Made by a program: the position numbers and the translations under genes
From: Pseudomonadota bacterium
GTDB taxonomy: Bacteria > Pseudomonadota > Gammaproteobacteria > Pseudomonadales > Pseudohongiellaceae
DNA length: 37,193 nt
Assembly: GCA_040387155.1 (NCBI GenBank)
Contig: JAZKEH010000216.1
Location: 13,066-50,258 of the forward strand
Reading direction: 5' to 3'
The notes under the pieces: model-generated
The model's input: only the letters and a program-made list of their open reading frames with translations
Databases searched by the model: none
Told to the model about the DNA's origin: nothing
Part shown: positions 31,837-37,193 of the stretch, in pieces
Position numbering within the stretch: the first letter of the stretch is position 1
Layout: each line of letters opens with the position of its first letter

Positions 31837-33904
31837 TCTGCAGCAACGAGATATCGGCAACACGCAGGAACAACTGACGCAGCGTGTTCAACAGCGCCAG
31901 ACGATTCTGTTTCAGCGCGGCGTCTTCGGCGTTGACCATTACCTGATCAAAGAAAGCATCGACTTGAGTTTGTATGCCTGCCATCACCGCCAGCGCCTCT
32001 GTGTAACGATGCGACGCCAACAGGGGATTCACCGTGGAAAGCACTTCTTTCAACGAGGCAGCCAATGTTTTTTCCGCGGGCTCCTGCAGCAGGTCGTCGC
32101 GGATGTCACCAAAGTTCTGACTATCCGACTTTTGCAGGATATTGGAAACACGCTTGTTGGCAGCGGCCAATGCTTGTGCAGCGGGTAACCTGGTGAAATG
32201 GCTCACTGCCTTGATGCGGGCATCAAACAACAGCGGACTGGTTGGACGTACCGCATCCACTGCCATGAAGACATCCGCGCTGATGCCCTGATCGGCGTAC
32301 AGCGCGCGCAAACGTTCAAACATGAAATCCAGAATCGTTTGCTGCAGGCCTTCTGCGTTCGGCAATTTGTTAAAGCTGCCGATAGCCGCATTTACAGTTG
32401 CAGTCAGATCCAGCGGCAATTGCTTTTCAATGATGATGCGCAACGCACCCAGTGCGGCACGACGCAGCGCAAAAGGATCCTTAGAACCCGTAGGCGGCTG
32501 GCCAATGCCAAACAAACCTGTGATCGTGTCGAGACGCTCGGCCAGCGCGAGGATCATACCGGTCGTACTGGACGGCAGCTCATCCCCTGCAAAACGCGGC
32601 ATGTATTGTTCATTCAATGCCAGCGCCACTTCCTTGGGTTCACCATCATTGAGTGCGTAGTAGTAACCCATGATGCCCTGCAACTCGGCGAACTCGTACA
32701 CCATGCTCGACATCAGGTCGCATTTGCCAAGTTCTGCCGCGCGGCCAGCCAGCTTGCTGTCAGCGCCGAGTTGCGCAGCAATGGCGATCGCCAATTTGCG
32801 GACACGCTCCGACTTGTCGAACACAGTGCCGAGCTCTTGCTGGAACACCACGGTCTTGAGCTTCTCTATGCGAGCCGCGAGCGACTGCTTCTTGTCCTGT
32901 GAATAGAAGAAGCCGGCATCCGCCAAACGAGGGCGAATCACTTTCTCGTTACCGGCGATGACTTGTGCGGGATCGCGACTGACCAGGTTACTCAGCGTAA
33001 TAAAGTTCGGCAGGATGTTGTTGTTCGCATCCAGCAAATGAAAACATTTTTGATGGCCCTTCATGGCGGAGATCAAGGCCTCCTGCGGCACCGCAAGAAA
33101 CGCTTCATCGAAACGACCGGTCAATGCGACGGGCCATTCAACCAACGACGTCACTTCATCAAGCAGCGCTTCCTCGATGACGGCGCGCGCCTTGTATTTA
33201 AGCCCCTCTGCTTCGACCTGCTTGCGCACCTCCGCACGACGATCAGCAAAGTTGGCAATGACCTTCCCCTGCTCACGCAGTACCTGTGCATAGTCATTGG
33301 CAGAGGTAAGGGTGATGGAGTCCGGATGATGGAAGCGATGGCCGCGCGTAGCCGCACCAGTTTGCACACCCATGATCGTGGCATTGATGACGTTGCCACC
33401 AAACAACAACACAACCCAATGCACAGGCCGCACGAATTCATCCCGCGAGCTGCCCCAACGCATGCGCTTTGGAATAGGCAATGCAGCCAGCGCTGCTTTC
33501 ACCATGTCTGGAATCAGCGTTGCAGTTGCATCACCTTTCTGCACCGAGCTGTAGGCGAGCTTGGTGACTTTGCCATCCAGTTTCTGCTGCAGTTCAGCAA
33601 CCGTCACCCCACACGAGCGTGCGAAACCTTCGGCGGCCTTGCTGGGCGTACCGTCTGCATTGAAAGCCGCCTGTAGTGCAGGCCCCATCTTTTCACTCAT
33701 GCGATCAGCTTGCTGTGTTGGCAAGCCGCGAATGATCAATGCAAGGCGGCGTGGCGTTGCGAAGGGTTCGATGGCGTCATGCGCGAGACCAGCGTTATTG
33801 AGTCGCGTGGCTACTTCGTCTCGAAATGCTTCAGACAAAGGCAACAGTGCTTTTGGCGGCAGCTCTTCGCAGCCAATTTCAATCAGTAGATCTTGCTTAA
33901 GCAT
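31829..33904 (-). CDS. glyS: glycine--tRNA ligase subunit beta
   Basis: It has the canonical N-terminus [20 protein letters not shown]. The start at ATG 33904 overlaps the glyQ stop (ATGCTTAA). The ORF-track start at 34000 adds 32 residues inside glyQ. Confidence 0.95.
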   Translation of the reverse strand: MLKQDLLIEIGCEELPPKALLPLSEAFRDEVATRLNNAGLAHDAIEPFATPRRLALIIRGLPTQQADRMSEKMGPALQAAFNADGTPSKAAEGFARSCGVTVAELQQKLDGKVTKLAYSSVQKGDATATLIPDMVKAALAALPIPKRMRWGSSRDEFVRPVHWVVLLFGGNVINATIMGVQTGAATRGHRFHHPDSITLTSANDYAQVLREQGKVIANFADRRAEVRKQVEAEGLKYKARAVIEEALLDEVTSLVEWPVALTGRFDEAFLAVPQEALISAMKGHQKCFHLLDANNNILPNFITLSNLVSRDPAQVIAGNEKVIRPRLADAGFFYSQDKKQSLAARIEKLKTVVFQQELGTVFDKSERVRKLAIAIAAQLGADSKLAGRAAELGKCDLMSSMVYEFAELQGIMGYYYALNDGEPKEVALALNEQYMPRFAGDELPSSTTGMILALAERLDTITGLFGIGQPPTGSKDPFALRRAALGALRIIIEKQLPLDLTATVNAAIGSFNKLPNAEGLQQTILDFMFERLRALYADQGISADVFMAVDAVRPTSPLLFDARIKAVSHFTRLPAAQALAAANKRVSNILQKSDSQNFGDIRDDLLQEPAEKTLAASLKEVLSTVNPLLASHRYTEALAVMAGIQTQVDAFFDQVMVNAEDAALKQNRLALLNTLRQLFLRVADISLLQNV

Positions 33905-34838
33905 TGGCAGCTTTCTCCAGACATTCTTTACGCAGAGCTTCCGGCGCAAGCGGGAAACCCAGTCTGGCACGCGAATCGTAATAGGCTTGGGCAACCGCAC
34001 GCGCCAACGTACGCACGCGCAAAATGTAACGCTGACGTTCGGTCACAGAAATGGCAGAACGCGCATCAAGCAGGTTGAACGAGTGGGACGCTTTCACCAC
34101 TTGCTCATAGGCAGGCAGCACCAGTTTCTGTTCGAGCAAGTGCTGGCACTGCGCTTCGTATTCGTTGAAATAGCGAAACAGGTTGTCGGTGTTCGCATGT
34201 TCGAAGTTGTAGGCCGATTGCTCCACTTCGTTCTGGTGGAACACATCGCGATACGTCACAACGCCATTCGGTGTACGGGCCCAGACAAGGTCGAAAATGC
34301 TGTCCTTGCCTTGCAGGTACATTGCGATGCGCTCAAGGCCGTAAGTAATTTCACCACTCACCGGGTAGCATTCGAGACCACCCACCTGCTGGAAATACGT
34401 GAACTGGGTAACTTCCATGCCGTTGAGCCACACTTCCCAGCCGAGACCCCATGCGCCCAGCGTCGGTGATTCCCAATTGTCTTCAACGAAGCGGATGTCA
34501 TGAATGGTTGTATCAATGCCGAGATGATGCAGCGACTTCAGATAAAGATCCTGGATGTTCAGCGGTGACGGTTTCAGGATGACCTGGAACTGATAGTAGT
34601 GCTGCAGGCGCATCGGGTTTTCGCCGTAGCGGCTGTCGGTCGGACGGCGACAAGGCTGCACGTAGGCAGTGTTCCAGCTCTCCGGACCAATGGCGCGCAG
34701 AAACGTGGCGGTGTGAAACGTACCTGCACCCACTTCAAGATCCAGCGGCTGGATGATGACGCAGCCCTGCTCGGCCCAGTATTGCTGCAGGGCCAGGATC
34801 AGGCCCTGGAAGGTGGATACATCGAAGGATGCGCTCAA
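33897..34838 (-). CDS. glyQ: glycine--tRNA ligase subunit alpha
   Basis: It is near-identical in pattern to known GlyQ ([18 protein letters not shown]...[16 protein letters not shown]...[18 protein letters not shown]). I prefer the TTG start at 34838 because GGAG lies 5 nt upstream, giving [14 protein letters not shown] 34871 is the alternative. Confidence 0.95.
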   Translation of the reverse strand: MSASFDVSTFQGLILALQQYWAEQGCVIIQPLDLEVGAGTFHTATFLRAIGPESWNTAYVQPCRRPTDSRYGENPMRLQHYYQFQVILKPSPLNIQDLYLKSLHHLGIDTTIHDIRFVEDNWESPTLGAWGLGWEVWLNGMEVTQFTYFQQVGGLECYPVSGEITYGLERIAMYLQGKDSIFDLVWARTPNGVVTYRDVFHQNEVEQSAYNFEHANTDNLFRYFNEYEAQCQHLLEQKLVLPAYEQVVKASHSFNLLDARSAISVTERQRYILRVRTLARAVAQAYYDSRARLGFPLAPEALRKECLEKAANA

Positions 34839-34915
34839 GATAACTCCGGCAATACCCGCATGGGGTACCATTCAACATCAATAAAGAAGCCGAACATTAT
34901 CCTGAACTACTCTGC

Positions 34916-35800
34916 ATGAAGGAAGCTGCACTCATCCTGTTCTTGCGACTGCTTGCCCTGTTGCCGCTCAATGTCGCCCGCGCACTTGGTTTGATGATGG
35001 CAAAACTGTGCTGGTGGACTCGCCGTCGTATGGCAAGAACAACCCTCGCCAATATTTCACTGTGTTTTCCGCAGCTGGATGCACTACAGCGCGCTGCGCT
35101 TGCGCAACAAAGTTTGCGACACACATTCCAGACTATTACTGAAACCGGCGCGATCTGGTTGTGGCCGGCAGATGAAACACTTGGTCTGGTCACCGCGGTG
35201 GAAGGACTCGGGTTGTTGCAAGCTGCCAAGGCAGCCAACAAGGGTGTTCTGGTGCTGGCGCCGCATCTCGGCAATTGGGAAATTTTTGGTCTCTACCTGA
35301 ATGTTTGCGGCTGCGGCCAAAGCAGCCAGCTGTATCAGGCGCCGGATTCGCCCGCCCTCGACAAGCTGATTTTCAAGGCTCGCAGTCGCGCGGGTGCGCG
35401 CATGGTGGCGACAGACAACAAAGGTGTGGGCGAATTGTTGAAATCACTGCGGGCAGGCGAAATCGTTGGGATTTTGCCGGATCAGGTGCCTCCATCCAGC
35501 GGCGGCGAATTCGCGCCTTTTTTCGGCATTCCGGCGCTGACGATGACGTTGTTCAACCGGCTCCAACAAAAAACGGGTGCCACTGTCGTGCTGGGATATG
35601 CCAAGCGGGAAGCAGAGGGCTTTCGCATCATTTTTTGTCAGCCGGCAGCGGCGATCTATTCAGAGGAAATGCCGGTGGCAGTGGCCGGTTTGAACGCCAC
35701 CATCGAAGCAGCGGTGCAACAAGCGCCTGAGCAGTACCAATGGGAATACAAGCGCTTCAAACGCCAACCGGCAGGTTGTCCGCCACGCTACGTCGACTAG
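34916..35800 (+). CDS. lipid A biosynthesis lauroyl/myristoyl (Kdo2-lipid IVA) acyltransferase, LpxL/HtrB family
   Basis: The 294-aa ORF has an N-terminal TM anchor, the active-site region APHLGNWE, and ILPDQ plus the C-terminal PEQYQWEYKRFK typical of the family. Confidence 0.85.
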   Translation: MKEAALILFLRLLALLPLNVARALGLMMAKLCWWTRRRMARTTLANISLCFPQLDALQRAALAQQSLRHTFQTITETGAIWLWPADETLGLVTAVEGLGLLQAAKAANKGVLVLAPHLGNWEIFGLYLNVCGCGQSSQLYQAPDSPALDKLIFKARSRAGARMVATDNKGVGELLKSLRAGEIVGILPDQVPPSSGGEFAPFFGIPALTMTLFNRLQQKTGATVVLGYAKREAEGFRIIFCQPAAAIYSEEMPVAVAGLNATIEAAVQQAPEQYQWEYKRFKRQPAGCPPRYVD

Positions 35801-37098
35801 GACGCCTTGCGCAGCAGTGCGTAATAAAAGCCGTCCGTGCCGTCGACCTGGGGAAATAGCTGGATTCCTGCTTCACACCTCTCAGCCCCGGCGACTTCGA
35901 GGGGTATTGCTTCCGCGTCGGTCGTATTTTTCAAAAACCCCATCACCTGATCCGAGTTCTCTGCCTTTAACAGCGAGCAGGTTGAGTACAGCAGGTAACC
36001 GCCGGGTTCCAGCAAGGGCCAGGCGGCCTTCAGCAAGGCTTGCTGTTTCGCTACCAGGACCTCGACTTCCGCCGCAGTGCGCAGAACCTTGATGTCCGGG
36101 TGTCGTCGAATCACACCGATTGCGGAACAGGGCACATCGAGCAATATGCGTGCAAATTTGCCGAAGTTGACAGGGTTTTCCGTGACAATATCACCAAGGG
36201 CCACTTCTGCATCAAGCTCCAATCGATCCAGGTTTTGCTGAATTCGCGGAAGCCGACGGGCTTCATTGTCCAGCGCCAGTATTGTCAGGCTGGGTTCTGT
36301 CTCCAGTAAGGCGCAGGTCTTGCCGCCCGGCGCGGCACAGGCGTCCAGTACACGCAGACCGGGGGCCAGCGGCAGCAAGCTTGCCACCAGCTGAGAGGCT
36401 TCGTCCTGCACACTGACCAGACCTTCGAGAAAGCCGGGCAATACCGAGGCATCCATTGGCTGGGCCAAATAGAGCGAGCCTGGTGCCAGCACCCCGGGAC
36501 GTACCCCAATTCCTGCCGTGGCCAACAATCCCTGACATTCCATGCGAGTGGCTTTGCGCAAATTGACGCGCAGCGTCATCGGTGCGCGCTGGTTATTGCC
36601 GTCCAGCAACTCGCGATAGCGCTGAGGCCAGTCCTTTTTCAGGCGGTCGAGCAGCCACTGCGGGTGGGCGTACCACGCGCTGTAATCCCGCTCGCTTTCC
36701 GCAAGCAGCTCCGCTTGTTGGCGCAGCGCGCCTCGCATTACCGCGTTGATGAGATTCTTGTGCCACTCTTTCCCCAGCTTCGCCGCCGCTTCGACTGTTT
36801 CATTCACACAGGCATGATCCGGTGTGCGCATGAACAGCAACTGATATAGGCCGACCAGCAACAGGCAATGCACATCGAGATCCTTGTTGCGCAGTGGTTT
36901 GTCGAGCAGGCGTTGTAAATAGAACTGCAGGCGCGGAAACCAGCGGCACACGCCATAACAAAACTCCTGCAGAAGCGCGGGACTGTCGACCCGGGCAAGC
37001 GTTGCCGCATTCAGGAGGCTCGCGAGCGAACCCCGCTGCTGCAAAAGGCTTTGCAGGATCTGGCAGGCCAGCAGACGTTCACTTGCAGGAGTGTTCAT
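35797..37098 (-). CDS. rsmB: 16S rRNA (cytosine967-C5)-methyltransferase
   Basis: The 433-aa ORF has an N-terminal NusB-like domain and a C-terminal SAM methyltransferase domain with DACAAPGGKT, LLDVPCSAIGVIRRHPD and YSTCS (catalytic Cys) motifs. Confidence 0.94.
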   Translation of the reverse strand: MNTPASERLLACQILQSLLQQRGSLASLLNAATLARVDSPALLQEFCYGVCRWFPRLQFYLQRLLDKPLRNKDLDVHCLLLVGLYQLLFMRTPDHACVNETVEAAAKLGKEWHKNLINAVMRGALRQQAELLAESERDYSAWYAHPQWLLDRLKKDWPQRYRELLDGNNQRAPMTLRVNLRKATRMECQGLLATAGIGVRPGVLAPGSLYLAQPMDASVLPGFLEGLVSVQDEASQLVASLLPLAPGLRVLDACAAPGGKTCALLETEPSLTILALDNEARRLPRIQQNLDRLELDAEVALGDIVTENPVNFGKFARILLDVPCSAIGVIRRHPDIKVLRTAAEVEVLVAKQQALLKAAWPLLEPGGYLLYSTCSLLKAENSDQVMGFLKNTTDAEAIPLEVAGAERCEAGIQLFPQVDGTDGFYYALLRKAS

Positions 37099-37128
37099 TC
37101 ATCACACCTTTTTTGAAGAGCCCGAAAA

Positions 37129-37193
37129 TTACTGCAACAACTGGCCGGTGAGAAAGTAATCCGCATGACCGTTCAGCAAGCTGCCGATGCTCA
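37129..37193 (-). CDS. fmt: methionyl-tRNA formyltransferase, 3' end (partial, runs off the right edge)
   Basis: The minus-strand frame reads ...SIGSLLNGHADYFLTGQLLQ then TAA (37131-37129). This resembles the Fmt C-terminus (E. coli ...DLLNSRREWFVPGNRLV), and fmt-rsmB is a conserved gene order. Only 21 codons are visible. Confidence 0.5.
   Translation of the reverse strand, partial: SIGSLLNGHADYFLTGQLLQ

Noticed and set aside
34228-34243. Additional parS half-site matches (for example TCGTTCTGGTGGAACA here, and GTTTCAC or GTGAAAC half-sites near 11845, 14235, 16427, 23054, 30497 and 34688)
   Set aside because: Only one half of the 16-mer matches (12/16 or fewer), which is expected by chance in 37 kb.

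Overview
This window is the conserved, origin-proximal housekeeping block of a gammaproteobacterial chromosome. It is moderately GC-rich by eye (not computed). From memory, the gene order matches Pseudomonas/Cellvibrio-like genomes. From left to right it holds the 3' end of a cold-shock-domain gene, an RpiR/HexR-like regulator and a TonB-dependent receptor. The minus strand then carries glmS and glmU, the complete atpIBEFHAGDC operon, parA-parB, rsmG, mnmG, mnmE, and yidC-yidD-rnpA-rpmH. Core genes switch strand at about 23.5 kb, where dnaA-dnaN-recF-gyrB follow on the plus strand. After these come a small ASCH-domain gene, a minus-strand block (plsC-like acyltransferase, gmhB, glyS, glyQ), a plus-strand lpxL/htrB-like acyltransferase, minus-strand rsmB and the 3' end of fmt. 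I call 35 CDS, two of them partial, and they fill nearly all of the sequence. The largest non-coding gaps are 426 bp (mnmG-mnmE) and 358 bp (rpmH-dnaA). I saw no rRNA, tRNA, CRISPR array, transposase, integrase or phage genes. I found no evidence for a novel multi-gene system; this looks like an ordinary core region. The points worth a second look are all cis-acting. Two separate oriC-like modules exist (DnaA boxes plus AT-rich DNA), one next to mnmG and one next to dnaA. Two parS-like palindromes sit inside recF. A 35-bp near-palindrome lies in the leader of the TonB-dependent receptor, and a tandem 11-mer lies upstream of parA. There are also a few gene-packing oddities. Several ORF-track starts are over-extended and I trimmed them where homolog N-termini and Shine-Dalgarno spacing supported it.
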